From the NCBI RefSeq assembly GCF_902713615.1, contig NC_052163.1, positions 84,431,721-84,495,720 on the forward strand: 64,000 nucleotides of DNA, read 5' to 3'. Every line of letters starts with the position of its first letter. The stretch's first letter is position 1. Shown piece by piece: positions 13,331-26,384 of this stretch. The notes below the pieces were generated by a model. That model saw only the letters and a program-made list of their open reading frames with translations. It made no database searches and had not been told where the DNA came from. A program made the translations under genes and the position numbers. The DNA comes from Scyliorhinus canicula. Taxonomy: Eukaryota.

Positions 13331-14599
13331 AAAGTAGCCTGACCTTTGGGTGGAGAGGAGGAAACCCAGGCATCTTTGACACATATGGTACGCAATTCTC
13401 TGGCCTCGTGCTTGAGCGAGGGCGGCGAGGCTGGTGACTAGCAGGAGAGGCCAAAAAATAGAACTGCGCTGGGCACCAAATAGTTTGCGATGCATCCGGC
13501 CTGCTCCCGAAGGTGAAATCGGGATCCTGCCTTAGCGTGACGCGAAGCCAGAAATCACCACTAAGCTTTATTTCCAAACACTTAATGGGAGCCACCCCAT
13601 ATCCAACGGCCTTCCGTGATCCAGCGGCCTGTCCAGCAAGTGGTCACGCTGGCATTGATTAGTACTCCTTTTTAAAAACGTGAATCTGCTGAAAGGGCTT
13701 CTGCAGGGTTCTGGGGAGGTGAGTAGCCAGCTTCGCTCAAGGGAAAGAGCCCAGGGATGCTGGACTAACTACCCCAGTGATTGGAGGGGGGTGGTGTGGC
13801 GCCCTCAACTGCCGCCATGGAATGGGGTGGGGGGTGTGCACTGTGGGTGGGGGCAAGCGCGCGGCTCCGTCGTACCAACCCCTGGATCATGTGTACCCTT
13901 TCCGGGGGGCAACCCTTGTCCCTGCTCATCTGCCCCACCGACCAACCATAGTCCCTACCAATTGCTGAGGCCTCTGGCCGTGTGGCTGAAGGCTGTTGCT
14001 GAATTACTATCGTAGTTAAGTGAGCACTTCACACATCCCAAGTGGATTGCCGTGGGCATGTAGCATGTGGGAGTCATTGCCTAGCATCCCAATCAGGCAG
14101 TGGTACCTGAACACTATGGGAGACAACACCACACTTGCTGCAGCCGAGATTCAAACACCCGGGGGAGGGGCCCCAATCCCGGTGTCATGTCCACAGCCGG
14201 AGGATGTGTGAGTGCAATGGGGAGGGGACCAGTGCCCGGTCCAGGGAGCGCTATGTGCGGGTGTCAGGGATCCAGTGAGGGAGGGCCCGCTGCGGCCGGG
14301 TGTGCATGGACAGGGCATGCTAGGAGAGGGGAAGGCGAAGGGGCCGGGTTGGGAGATCAATGGGGGAATGGAGGTTCCCGGGATGGGGGCCACCACAGTT
14401 TGTCAGTCTAACACCTTCTCCCAATTCCTTACAGGTATTGGACGGTATGTTGGGCCCTGCAGAACAGGCCCTAGTGTGCGGCTGGGCGGCCAGGCGCTGG
14501 AGACACAGCAGCAGTGTCTACAGAGGCTCGAGGCAGTGGCTAATACGCTGGCCCCTGCCCCACACCCTGACCACCAGCCACCCATCAGGCCAAGGTGAG

Positions 14600-15420
14600 G
14601 CCTAGGGTACACGAGCGTTGCTGGTCGTTTAAACAGATGATGGACGGTGCATGCCACAGGAGGCTCCGTCTCAACAAGAAGTTGGTGTAGCACCTGTGCC
14701 ATGTCCTCGCAAACCTGGCACCTGGAACCTGGAAAAGGAAGTCACCACTCTGTGGCCATCAAGGTCACTGCAACCCTGAACCTTTACGCGTCGGGATCCT
14801 TCCAGGGCTCTGGCGGGGACCTGTGTGGCATCTTACACGCCACAGCCCACGGGTGCATCCGACAGATCACAGATGCCCTATTTTCCCAGACAGTGAACTT
14901 TCAACTTTCAGCAAGCCCAAGATGATGCCCAGGCAACAGGATTGTCCACCATCGTCGGGATGCCCAGGTCCAGGGGCTGATATACTGCATGCATGTCGCC
15001 TTGCACGCACTAGGACAGCTGGGAGTGTCCTACATTAACAGGAATGGATTCCACTCCCTGAATATCCAGCTCATGTGTGACCACCACATGCAGATCATGC
15101 ACATGTGTGCAGACTTCCCAGGGAGTATGCACAGCAGCTACATCCTGGGGCAGTCAGACACCCCTGGGCTCTTGGAGTACCACTGCAGGATGGCCAGCTG
15201 GCTGCTGGGCGATAAGTGGTACCCTTTGAGGACCTGGATAATGCCAATACGGAGACGGGTGCATCGGACTGCTCAAAATGTGTCTCCAATGCCTCGGTCG
15301 CTCCAGTGGTGCCCTGCAGTTCACGGCCTGGGGGGGCCACCCGCTTTGTGTTCTGCTGTGTCCTCCACAACCTGACACATGAGCACCATGTGGCCACCTC
15401 CGAGGATGATGAGGAGACAC
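14600..15420 (+). pseudogene. Harbinger (HARBI1-like) DDE transposase remnant
   Basis: Frameshifted segments VAIKVTATLNLYASGSFQG..DLCGI, YINRNGFHSLNIQLMCDH, FPGSMHSSYIL and WLLGDKWYPL match the PIF/Harbinger transposase pattern. Confidence 0.85.
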
Positions 15421-16822
15421 CGGACCAGCAGGAGCTGGGGGAAGATTCCAGGGAGAAACCAGGGGACCAGCCTGAGGCTACAGGGAAGGCAGCATGGCGA
15501 GGGTCCAGTAAGCCCTGAGGATCAGGTAGGTCCTCATACTCACCCACTTTACGTAGGATGTGAACTGATCCGTTATCACTTCCTTCCCCACCTCCATCCC
15601 CCCCATTTCCACGCTCACAGGGTCTATATTACATTGTCTGGGTGCTGAGACTGTATCGTCGCCAGAGGAGGGTCACTATTGAGGGCAAGGGGATAATGAT
15701 AACCCACAGAGAGCTGAGCACTGGTGTTCCTCAATCTATTCCGCAATCTGACCCCTGCCTGTCTGTTAAGTGCTCACACACATCACCTGCACGTTGTGTG
15801 CCCATGGAGCAGGAGGGGTGTCATACTGATTGTGGTGAAGAACAAATAACAAAGAAAAATTACAGCACAGGAATGGGCCCTTCGGCCCTCCAAGCCTGCG
15901 CCGATCTAGATCCTCTATCTAAAACTGTCGCCTATTTTCTCAGGATCTGTGTCCCTCTGCTCCCTACCCATTCATGTATCTGTCTAGATACATCTTAAAT
16001 GATGCTATCGTGCCCGCCTCTACCACCTTCGCCGGCAATGCGTTCCATGCACCCACCATCCTCTGAGTAAAGAACTTACCACGTATATCTCCCTGAAACT
16101 TTTCCCCCCTCACCTTGAACTTGTGACCCCTAGTAATTAAGTCCCCGACTCTGGGTAAAAGCTTCTTGCTACCCACTCTGTCTGTACCTCTCATGATTTT
16201 GTAGACCTCAATGTGGACCCCTCTCAACCTCCGTCTTTCTAAAGAAAATAATCATAATTTACTCAACCTCTCTTCATAGCTAGCGCCCTCCATACCAGGC
16301 AACATCCTGGTGAACCTCCTCTGCACCTTCTCCAAAGCATCCACATCCTTTTGGTAATGTGGCGACCAGAACTGTGCGCAGTATTCCAAATTTGGCCAAA
16401 CCAAAGTCTTATACAACTGTAACATGACCTGCCAGCTCTCGTACTCAATGCCCCTTCCGATGAAGGAAAGCATGCCGTATACCTTCTTGACCACTCTTTC
16501 GACATGGGCAGCCACCTTCAGGGTACAATGGACCTGAACACCCAGATCTCTCTGTACATCAATTTTCTCCAGGGCTTTTTCATTTACCGTATAGTTCGCT
16601 CTAGAATTGGATCCTCCAAAACGCATCACCTCGCATTTGCCCGGATTGAACTCCATCTGCCCATTTCTCCGCCCAACTCTCCAATCTATCTATATTCTGC
16701 TGTATTCTCTGACAGTCCCCTTCACTATCTGCTACACCACCAATCTTAGTGTCATCTGCAAACTCGCTAATCAGACCACCTATACCTTCCTCCAGATCAT
16801 TTATGTATATTACAAACAACAG

Positions 16823-17698
16823 TGTAGCCATCTGGGATAGCCACTTTCAGTATATAAAATGGACACTTGCAGAGCCTATAGGGAAATATGGACAATACTG
16901 AGCAACAAGCAGGCACAGAGCCTGAATCTATATTTGGAAGGCAGTCAGCAGAGGGAATCGAAAGTCTGGGTCGATTTACATTTTGATGGCCCATCTCCGA
17001 AAAACAAAAAACGAGTGCTCAGGTAGCCAATACTGTCCCAGACAGTCCGGCTCTACTACCCCAACCAGAAGACACAAACAAAGCAAGGCCAACGGCCACC
17101 TAGGACATGCCCAGCCATCAAGGCACCCACCCCTTTATTGGGTTAGATCGATGGCAGCGATCAAGAAGCTGCCCAATTAATTGGGACCAAGTTTAAGGCC
17201 CGCCTAAAAGCGCGTGAAGCCCCTCCATGTATAAGAAGGAACCCCCGCGAAAAGTTCGCTCTCTTGTATTCGGCTCTCAAGTGGAGAGACCCTTCCACCA
17301 GCACCACCAGAAGCAAGTAAGTTCAAGTTCAACGCTCGCTGCCAGACGGGCGACCTTAGCTGTACTCCTGTTACCTCTTCGAACCCAACAGCCTCAGATC
17401 CGAACAACGGCCATTGTTCCTCTGACCTAAGTGGGCACCCGAAGTTAAGTATAGGTGTTAGTGATAGATATAGTTTAGCCTGTAGTGTTATTGTGCATGA
17501 GTAGATCTTACTGTGTGTAAATAAAGTAGTATTGACTTTGAACTAACTAACTGGTGTATTGGTTCTTTGATCGGTATTTGGGTTGAACCTTGTGGCGGTA
17601 TCGAGAGATACCTGGCGACTCTGAAGCACACTCATAATTAGGATTAAGAAAGGCGACTTTATTAACCGTCATATTTATCGCAAGTAAACAGAGCAACA
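16823..17698 (+). mobile_element. Solo LTR (876 bp) inserted in CR1 RT
   Basis: TGT...ACA termini with a perfect 4-bp TSD ACAG (16819-16822 / 17699-17702). Removing it restores the CR1 sequence AAACAACAGTGGTCCC. AATAAA at ~17520. Confidence 0.85.
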
Positions 17699-20600
17699 AC
17701 AGTGGTCCCAGCCCAGATCCCTGTGGAACACCACTGGTCACAGTTCTCCATTTTGAGAAACTCCCTTCCACTACTACTCTCTGTCTCCTGTTGCCCAGCC
17801 AGTTCTTTATCCATCTAGCTAGTACACCCTGGACCCCTGAGAATTCACTTTCTCCATCAGCCTACCATGGGGAACCTTATCAAACACCTTACTGAAGTCC
17901 ATGTATATGACATCTACAGCCCTTCACTCATCAATCAACTTTGTCACTTCCTCAAAAAATTCTATTGAGTTGATAAGACATGACCTTCCCTGCACAAAAC
18001 CATGTTGCCTATCACTGATAAGCCTATTTTCTTCCAAATGGGAATAGATCCTATCCCTCAATATCTTCTCCAGCAGCTTCCCTACCACTGACGTCAGGCT
18101 CACCGGTCTATAATTACCTGGATTATCCCTGCTACCCTTCTTAAACAAGGGGACAACATTAGCAATTCTCCAGTCCTCCGGTACCTCACCCGTGTTCAAG
18201 GATGCTGCAAAGATATCTGTTAAGGCCCCAGCTATTTCCTCTCTCACTTCCCTCAGTAACCTGGGATAGAACCCATCCGAACCTGGGGATTTAGAATACG
18301 CAACGCATCCTCCCTCCTTATGCCGACTTGACCTAGAGTAATCAAACATCTATCCCTAACCTCAACATCCGTCATGTCCCTCTCCTCGGTGAATACCGAT
18401 GCAAAGTACTCGTTAAGAATCTCATCCATTTTCTCTGACTCCACGCATAACTTTCCTCCTTTGTCCTTGAGTGGGCCAACCCTTTCTCTAGTTACCCTCT
18501 TGCTCCTTATATATGAATAAAAGGCTTTGGGATTTTCCTTAACCCTGTTTGCTAAAGATATTTCATGACCCCTTTTAGCCCTCTTGTTCCTTGTTTCAGA
18601 TTGGTCCTACATTCCCGATATTCTTCAAAAGCTTTGTCTGTCTTCAGTCGCCTAGACCTTATGTATGCTTCCTTTTTCCTCTTAGCTAATCTCACAATTT
18701 CACCTGTCATCCATGGTTCCCTAGTCTTGCCATTTCTATCCCTCATCTTCACAGGGACATGTCTGTCCTGCACTCTAATCAACCTCTCTTTAAAAGCCTT
18801 CCATATATCAAATGTGGATTTACCTTCAAACAGCTGCTCCCAATCCACATTCCCCAGCTCCTGCCGAATTTTGGTACAGTTGGCCTTCCCTCAATTTAGC
18901 ACTCTTCCTTTGGGACCACTCTCGTCTTTGTCCATGAGTATTCTAAAACTTACGGAATTGTGATCACTATTCCCAAAGTAATCCCCTACTGAAACTTCAA
19001 CCACCTAGCCGGGCTCATTCCCCAACACCAGGTCCAATATGGCCTCTTCCCGAGTTGGACTGTTTACATACTGCTCTAGAAAATCCTCCTGAATGCTCCT
19101 TACAAATTCTGCTCCATCTAGACCTCTAACACTAAGTGTATCCCAGTCAATGTTGGGAAAATTAAAATCTTCTCTCACCACCACCCTGTTGCTCCTACAT
19201 CTTTCCATAATCTGTTTACATATTTGCACCTCTATCTCACGCTCGCTGTTGGGAGGTCGGTAGTACAGCCCCAACATTGTTACCGCACCCTTCCTATTTC
19301 TGAGCTCGCCCATATCGCCTCACTGCTCGAGTCCTCCCTCGGGCCTTCCTTCAGCACAACTGTGATATCCTCTCTGACCAATAATGCCCTCCACCCCTTT
19401 TACCTCCCTCTCTATCCCGCCTGAAGCATCGACATCCTGGGATATTTAGTTGCCAATCATGCCCTTCCCTCAACCAAGTCTCAGGAATAGCAATAACATC
19501 ATACTGCCAGGTACTAATCCAAACCCTAAGTTCATCTGTCTTACCTACTACAATTCTTGCATTAAAACAAATACACCTCAGACCACCAGTCCCTTTGTGT
19601 TCATCATCTGCTCCCTGCCTACTCTTCCCCTTAGTCACGCTGACTTCATGATCTAGTTCCTTACAGGCTTTAGTTACTACCTCCTTACTGTCCACTAACC
19701 TCATTTGGTTCCCATCCCCCTGCCACATTAGTTTAAACCCTCCCCAACAGCGTTAGCAAAAACACCCCCAAGGACATTGGTTCCAGTCCGCCCAGGTGTA
19801 GACCATCCAATTTGTTAGTCCCACCTCCCCCAGAACTGGTCCCAATGTCCCAGAAATCTGAACCCCTCCCTCCTGCACCATCTCTCAAGCCACGCGTTCA
19901 TCCTGTCTATTCTTTCATTTCTACTCTGACTACCACGTGGCACTGGTAGCAATCCTGAGATTACTACCTTTGAGGTCCAACTTTGTAACTTGGCTCCTAA
20001 CTCCCTAAATTCTGCTTGTAGGACCTCGTCCCGTTTTTTTACATATATCATTGGTGCCTACATGCACCACGACAACTGGCTGTTCACCCTCCCCCTTCAG
20101 AATGTTCTTCAGCCTATCGGAGACCTCCCTGACCCGTGCACCTGGGAGGCAACATACCATTCGGGAGTCTCGTTTTCGACCACAGAACGGCCTGTCTACA
20201 CCCCTTACAATTGAATCCCCTATGACTATAGCCCTTCCACTCTTTTTCTCGCCCTTCTGTACAGCAGAGCCTGCCACGGTGCCATGAACCTGGCTACTGC
20301 TGCCTTCCCCTGGTGAGTCATCTCCCCAACAGTATCCAAAACGGTATACCTGTTTTGGAGGGAGATGACCGCAGGGGACACCTGCACTGCCTTCCTGCTC
20401 TTTCTCTGACTTTTGGTCACCCAGTCCCTTTCTCCCTCAGCAATCCTAATCTGCGGTGTGACCAATTCGCTAAACGTGCTATCCACGACCGCCTCAGCAT
20501 CGCGGATGCTCCAAAGTGAGTCCATCCGCAGCTCCAGAGCTGCCATGTGGTCTAACAAGAGCTGTAGCTGGACGCACTTCCCGCAGGTGAAGGAGTCCGG

Positions 20601-20955
20601 GACATCAGCCATGTCCCTGAGCTCCCATATTGAGCAAGAGGAACATAACGCGGGTCTGAGTTCTCCTGCCATTTTTAATCTTAAACTTAACTTAGTCCAA
20701 CTATAATGTCAAATAATAGATAAATGAAAAAGGAAAAAAACAGAAAAATTGTTACCAATCACATGATAAATAGAAATAGAAAAACCTTACCTTATGAACC
20801 ACACCACAGTCTTTTTTTTTTGGTTAGAGGAGGAGGGCGGGTGGGAGACACTACACGTGTAATGTCACGGGTTCTGCCGCTGCCCAAATATATCAGTTCA
20901 CTCACCTTCCCAGAGTGCAATTCGACTGCTCCCACCCAGCTCCTCCCTCTCACCG

Positions 20956-21240
20956 CTCCTGTAAGGTAACTTTTTAAAACGGGAAACGTACCTTCCCGAC
21001 AGCCCCCTGGTTACTGCTCTCGCTGCTACCGCTGAAAAACTGAAGGCCGCTTCTCCTGTAAGGTAAGTTTTTAAAACGGGAAACTTACCTTCCCGACAGC
21101 CCCCTGGTTACTGCTCTCGCTGTTACTGCTGAACAACTGAAGGCTGCTTCTCCTGTAAGGTAAGTTTTTAAAACGGGAAACTTACCTTCCCGACAGCCCC
21201 CTGGTTACTGCTCTCGCTGCTACTGCTGAAAAACTGAAGG
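20956..21240. repeat. 97-bp tandem repeat x ~2.9 in the CR1 5' UTR
   Basis: Units start at 20956, 21053 and 21150 (CTCCTGTAAGGTAAGTTTTTAAAACGGGAAACTTACCTTCCCGACAGCCCCCTGG...). Confidence 0.95.
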
Positions 21241-21299
21241 GTTTTTAATGTTTCACAAGTGCTCAACAGTGCCCCACACCTGATGATGCCCTTCCACCC

Positions 21300-23210
21300 C
21301 CTAACCAACCCCCCCCAACAGTGCCCACCCAGTGATCCTTGACGTGTTTTACCTTCCTTGCTTTACCGCCACATCCTAGGTGTGTTCCCAGGATGCACAT
21401 CAGACGTCGAGGCATCCAGCTGCTTACCATATCCCGTGGCCATCAATGCCCTTGGTGGTCGTTCTCTGAGGCCGGAGTACTTGTCGGTGGCACATGCACA
21501 GTTGTGCTGCCTTGTCCCATGTGCTGACTGCGAGACGCGGCGTCATCAGAAGGGTGAAACTCTGTGGAGCTGGTGGCCACATCCCCACTCCGGAATGGGT
21601 CCGGGTTGGCACCCAGCAACCCCTCCCAGTTGGTGCCCAAAGGGACCTGCTGTTCACCTCGGGACCGAGAGGCAGCTGGTTCGAGATCCCGTTTTGCCTG
21701 CGTTATCTGGCCCTGGCGGCTTCCCAATGTCTGCTCAATGGTGTTGACGCCCTTGGCAATGCTCCTTGGTGATTGGGTCATGCTATGTTGTGCCTCAGCG
21801 ATGCCCACTTGTGACTGGAACGAGCTTCGCAGCACCTCCATCATTCCCACCTGAGAGTGGGACATGTCCCATAGCACCTCCAAGGTCAGCCTGGTACTGG
21901 GTCATGTTCCCCAGTATGTCGGACATTCTTCCAAGGCCCTCAGCCATGGGCATCGCTGAGCCACGCCTTGGACACCACCACTAATGCAGCTGACGTTGTG
22001 CACCAGGGTCTCCACTGCGGTCGCCACCCTAGTAGTGTTGGCCTTTGAACCATGCATTGCCGCTGACATTTCCTGCACCTGTAGCCTCTGGGACTCCTCC
22101 AATCCGCCATGGACCTGCTGGAGTGTCGCTGACATCTCCCCCTATATGTCTTGGCCGCTCCGTAATTTCTCCATCAGCTCAGAAATAGCCTGTTCCATAG
22201 GTTCAGCACTTGGCTGGGACCCAGCTGAGCATGGGATCCAGCCGACCTCTGACTGCTGTCTCGCCTGGACGTTACTGCCTCCACCTGATGTGCATCAGCG
22301 ATTGTGTGTGCTCAGCAGAATGTGACCCAGAAGCCTGACCACTAAAGTTGTCCACCGAGGTGTGTGTCTCGAGGGTGGGGTATCTGTGGGTTATCATGAT
22401 GAGTCGATTGTGGGATCCTGGGAGGCCTCTTCTGGGGTGGTCTCATGGAACAGTGAAGGGGGCCACCCCGGATGGGCCAGCAAAATCGGCTGGAGGACCT
22501 GCAGGAGAATTAACACGTGGTCCAGTGGAGGAATGGGTCGGTCTGTTTGGCATTAACTCACATTTGACAGGTCCACTGATTGGGGCCCGGTCAATCCTCA
22601 CCTCTGTGGCGAATGTCGCTCTGTCCTCGTCCACCCCCATAACCTGCAGGGCCCATTCCCCAAAGGTCATGAGGATTCTTATGTTCGGCACCTCTGCCAG
22701 TCTGGGCCCTCTCCCGGTGATTGTGGGAGGGCTTCTCCTGTGGAGACAGAAGCAATGGCTAGCCGCACATGCGGTTCACAGTGGTTGGGGGGGGTTTGAT
22801 GATGAAAGAAAGGTTGGGATGAGGGTAGTGAAGGAAGAGTTGGGATGGGAATGGTGAAGGAAGAGTTGGGGTGGTGAAGGAAGAGTTGGGGTGGGGGGCT
22901 GGGGGTGGTGAAGGACGGTTGGGGTGGGGGTTGTTGAAGGAAGGGTTGAGGGAGTTGGTGAAGGAAGGGTTGGGGGGGGGGGGTAAGGGTGGTGTCAACT
23001 TATCTGTGCTGCCTGTTTTAGGCCATTGATCTTGCAGCACTGGAGACTGAGCTGGCACCGCTGCCACTTCATCCCAGGCAGCATCGGTTGCCATGTGGCT
23101 CACCCTCTCGGACCCTCGTAGAACAGAATATCTCTCCTGGACTTGACTGCATCTAGGAGCCTCTCGATGTCTGCGTCTCCAAACCTTGGGGCCGTGTGTC
23201 TCGGCGCCAT
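21300..23210 (-). pseudogene. Harbinger Myb/SANT-like DNA-binding protein remnant
   Basis: ATG at 23210 gives MAPRHTAPRFGDADIERLLDAVKSRRDILF, the N-terminal pattern of Harbinger Myb/SANT proteins; later exons are frameshifted. Confidence 0.7.
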
Positions 23211-23739
23211 GGCTGCGAGCTGAGTGGGCTTGACTGCGTGTTGTTTAAGTGCTGCTCAACCTTGTTAGTGGAGGGCTGGCGAGCGCAGTCACGGCGAATC
23301 AGCTGGCGAGCCTTCATTTGTAGCGTGAAGCCTCGTTAAATGAACCAATTAACATTGTATTGCATTGCCAGCCTCGCCAGGCTAAGCACCAAACCTGCAG
23401 CAGTTCCCGCCCGCTACCAAATCTTTCCAGAGAATCGCGCCCAATTTTAGAGACCAGTGACTTTCAGGAAGCATTAGTAACTGGACCAATTGAGGGACGG
23501 CACCAGTAAATGGGGGAGTTGGGGGTGGGTTAAAGCAGCCGTCTGGTACCTCATCTGATTGCACATTGCTCAAATGTGAGCCTAAACAATGGGCAGTGGG
23601 AAACATTCCCTTCCATGCCAGTGAGATTGTTCAGGGAGGAATTTAATATTTGATACAGCAAGTAGGAAGAACTAGTGGGGGTAAGAGATGGGGAGTTGTT
23701 GATAACCAGAGAATACATTTGACATAATTTACAAAAGAA

Positions 23740-23935
23740 TTGGAGGGGAGATTTTATCCAGGCAGCTAATGGGCGAACTGCAAGATTGGTGGAAGCAGAT
23801 TCAAAAGGGAATGAGATAAATTCTTAAAAGAGAAAAGTTTCAGGGCTAAGGGGAAAACCAGAGGAGGGATGGGGGATACTATTTGGATAGTTCTTTGGCA
23901 TAGGCACGGTAGGCTGACTGTGCTGCATCATTCTA
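23740..23935 (+). mobile_element. Short CR1 3'-end fragment
   Basis: GGAAGCAGATTCAAAAGGGAATGAGATAAATTCTTAAAAGAG...GGGCTAAGGGG resembles the decayed CR1 ORF2 end/3' UTR seen in other copies. Confidence 0.45.
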
Positions 23936-23967
23936 GGGGAACACCCAATCAAAGCCAAATAAATCAG

Positions 23968-24310
23968 GGGCAGCAGGGTAGCATGGTGGTTAGCATAAAT
24001 GCTTCACAGCTCCAAGGTCCCATGTTCGATTCCCTGCTGGGTCACTGTCTGTGTGGAGTCTGCACGTCCTCCCCCTGTGTGCGTGGGTTTCCTCCGGGTG
24101 CTCTGGTTTCCTCCCACAGTCCAAAGATGTGCGGGTTAGGTGGATTGGCCATGCTAAATTGCCCGTAGTGTCCTAATAAAAGTAAGGTTAAGGGGGGGTT
24201 ATTGGGTTACGGGTATAGGGTGGATATGTGGGTTTGAGTAGGGTGATCATGGCTCGGCACAACATTGAGGGCCGAAGGGCCTGTTCTGTGCTGTACTGTT
24301 CTATGTTCTA
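23968..24310 (+). mobile_element. HE1 SINE (full-length type with CR1-like tail)
   Basis: GGGCAGCAGGGTAGCATGGTGGTTAGC head, B-box, V-core, and tail GGGCCGAAGGGCCTGTTCTGTGCTGTACTGTTCTATGTTCTA. Confidence 0.9.
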
Positions 24311-24714
24311 AATCCTCGCCCAAGATCCGTAAAAGCATTTTTCTGCAGCGGTGATTTCTCTCCCTATTCTGTGGATGTTAGGCCACTTGCAATGATGGCT
24401 GCGGTCAGTTAGTTCAACATAGACCAAGTGATGAACTTGGCACCTTCTGGTCTATATGTTGCATTTATCAACTGAGGCATTAGTGTTACCTCTTCCGAAC
24501 TCCATGAACATGCCATGCAGATGACTCTGTTGCAAGAGCATGCACTGGGCGATGTATAGCAGCATCCTGTGGTACCTCAGCCCAGATGGTCATCCCATCC
24601 TCTCTGGATTCACTTGGGTCGCACCTGACATCAGAGCAGAGATGAGAAAACTTTCCTAGTGTTGCACATTCCATTTGAACACCCGTACTGCCTTTGTTTC
24701 TGTCCATGTTTTAC

Positions 24715-26100
24715 TACCTTCCGACTTCCTGCATCGGTTCCCATCCCCCTGCCACGTTAGTTTAAACACTCCCCAACCACTCTAGCAAATACCCGCCCCG
24801 AGGACATCAGTTCCAGTCCTGTCCAGATGTAACCAGTCCAGTTTGTACAGGTCCCACCTCCCCCAGAACCGGTCCCAATGTCCGAGGAATCTGAAACCCA
24901 CCCCTGACACCATCCCTTCAGCCACGTATTCATCCTATATATCCTGTCATTTCTACTCTGACTAGCACGTGGCACCCGTAGTAATCCTGAGATCACTATC
25001 TTCGATGTCCGATTTCTTAACTTCCTTCCTAGCTCCCTGAATTCTGCTTTTAGGACCTCATCCTTTTTTTTACCCATGTCGTTTGTACCGATGTGTATCA
25101 CGACCATTGGCTGTTCACCCTCCCCCCGCCACAATGTCCTGTACCCACTCCAAGACATCCTTGACCCAAGCACCAGGGAGGCAACATACCATCCTAGAGT
25201 CTCGTTTGCGGCCACAGAAACACCTGTCTATTCCCCTTACAATTGAATCCCCTATAACTATTGCACTGTCACACTTATTACCCCTCCCGTATACAGCAGA
25301 ACCAACAGTGGTGCCACGGGTTTGGCTGTTGCTGTTTTCCCCTGAGAGGCCATTCTCTCAACAGTATCCAAAATGGTATATCTGTTCTGCAGGGGAATGG
25401 CCACAGGAGATTCCTGCACTACCTGCCTCGCTCTCTTGCTCTGTCTAGTGGTCACCCATTCCCTTCCTGCCTGCAGAATCTGAGCCTGCAGTGTGACCAC
25501 CTCTCTATTTATGCTATCCACGATACTCTCCGATTCGCAGATGCTCCACAGTGTCCCCAGCCGCTGCTCCAGCTCTGAAACTCGAGCTTCCAGGAGCTGT
25601 AACTGGAGACACTTCCTGCTCACATGCTGACCCTGGGGACTGGAACTGTCCTCAGCCTGCCACATGGAGCAAGAGAAGCAGACCACGCCTTGGAGCTGCC
25701 ATGATTTATTCCTTTAAATTAAACTTTTGAAATGAATCTTCAGAAAGATATTTTTGTGTTGGATTATATCCAATCTCCTGTACACTATTTAATTAGCTTT
25801 ATCCCAGAGTATTTATCTTGCTTGATCTGACAACAGATTAAATAGTTATTTAATTGAAATTTTAAAAGTTTTTTTAATTAAAATTTATAAAGTTATTTAA
25901 GTCAACTTAAAAATAGTAATTTAAATCAACCCAAAATAGTTATTTAAGTGAGATTAAAAAATTAAAAAATAGTAATTCAAATCAACTTAAAAATAGTAAT
26001 TTAAATCAAATTAAAACTAGCAACTCCACAAATATTCAAATTTAGCCCAGTCTGCCTTTCAGCCAATCAGGACAGTCTCCTGTGACGTCACTTTACTGGG
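24715..26100 (-). mobile_element. CR1 5' fragment (promoter, 5' UTR, ORF1), 3'-truncated
   Basis: ORF1 motifs CFSCSMWQ..KCLQLQLLEARV (25258-25686) and HIGTNDMG..KIVISGLL (24757-25215). CCAAT at 26063 and TGACGTCA at 26083-26090 at the head. ORF2 is lost shortly after its start. Confidence 0.8.
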
Positions 26101-26245
26101 TATTTTCAATTTTGAAATAAACAGACAAGCAGCTGTCCGACCTGCAGCAGTGCCCGGCGGCAGGTCCGCTCCTCTCTCCTCCCGGAAGGTAAGTGAAGGC
26201 CTCGAGCCTGGCGCTGCCTTAATCCTCTCCCCGCACAGGTCCGCT

Positions 26246-26384
26246 TAGGGTTGTGGGGGTGAAACCTGCACAGACATGGGGAGAATGTGCATACTCCACA
26301 CAGACAGTGATCCATTGCTGGGATTGAACCCGGGTCCTCAGTGCTGTATGCAGCAGTGCTAACCACTGTGCAGCCGTGCCACCC
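26246..26384 (-). mobile_element. Truncated HE1-type SINE head
   Basis: GGGGAGAATGTGCATACTCCACACAGACAGTG...GTGCTAACCACTGTGCAGCCGTGCC is the reverse complement of the SINE 5' half. Confidence 0.75.

Larger units (their letters stand above)
15835..21240 (-). mobile_element. Full-length, decayed CR1 LINE (ORF1 esterase + ORF2 APE/RT), interrupted by a solo LTR
   Basis: ORF1 MAGELRPALCSSCSIWEL...GDSIVRGVD..CCLPGARV..HVGTND (19815-20672). [20 protein letters not shown] (19005-19728). [22 protein letters not shown] (17924-18349), FADDTKIG and MEFNPGKC (15964-16831). Confidence 0.92.
13388..23442. mobile_element. PIF/Harbinger DNA transposon (decayed; split by a full-length CR1 insertion)
   Basis: Imperfect TIRs GTACGCAATTCTCTGG (13388-13403) and CCAGAGAATCGCGCCC (23427-23442), 13/16 match. 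Convergent transposase and Myb/SANT ORF remnants, the canonical Harbinger arrangement. TSD not resolved. Confidence 0.8.

Noticed and set aside
13384-13388. 3-bp target-site duplication for the Harbinger element
   Set aside because: The left flank (ATG or TAT) and right flank (AAT) do not agree, so no TSD is claimed.
20956-21240. Regularly spaced repeats as a CRISPR-like array (also 34165-34326 and 53202-53370)
   Set aside because: Head-to-tail tandem units with no unique spacers, no cas genes, and a vertebrate context.
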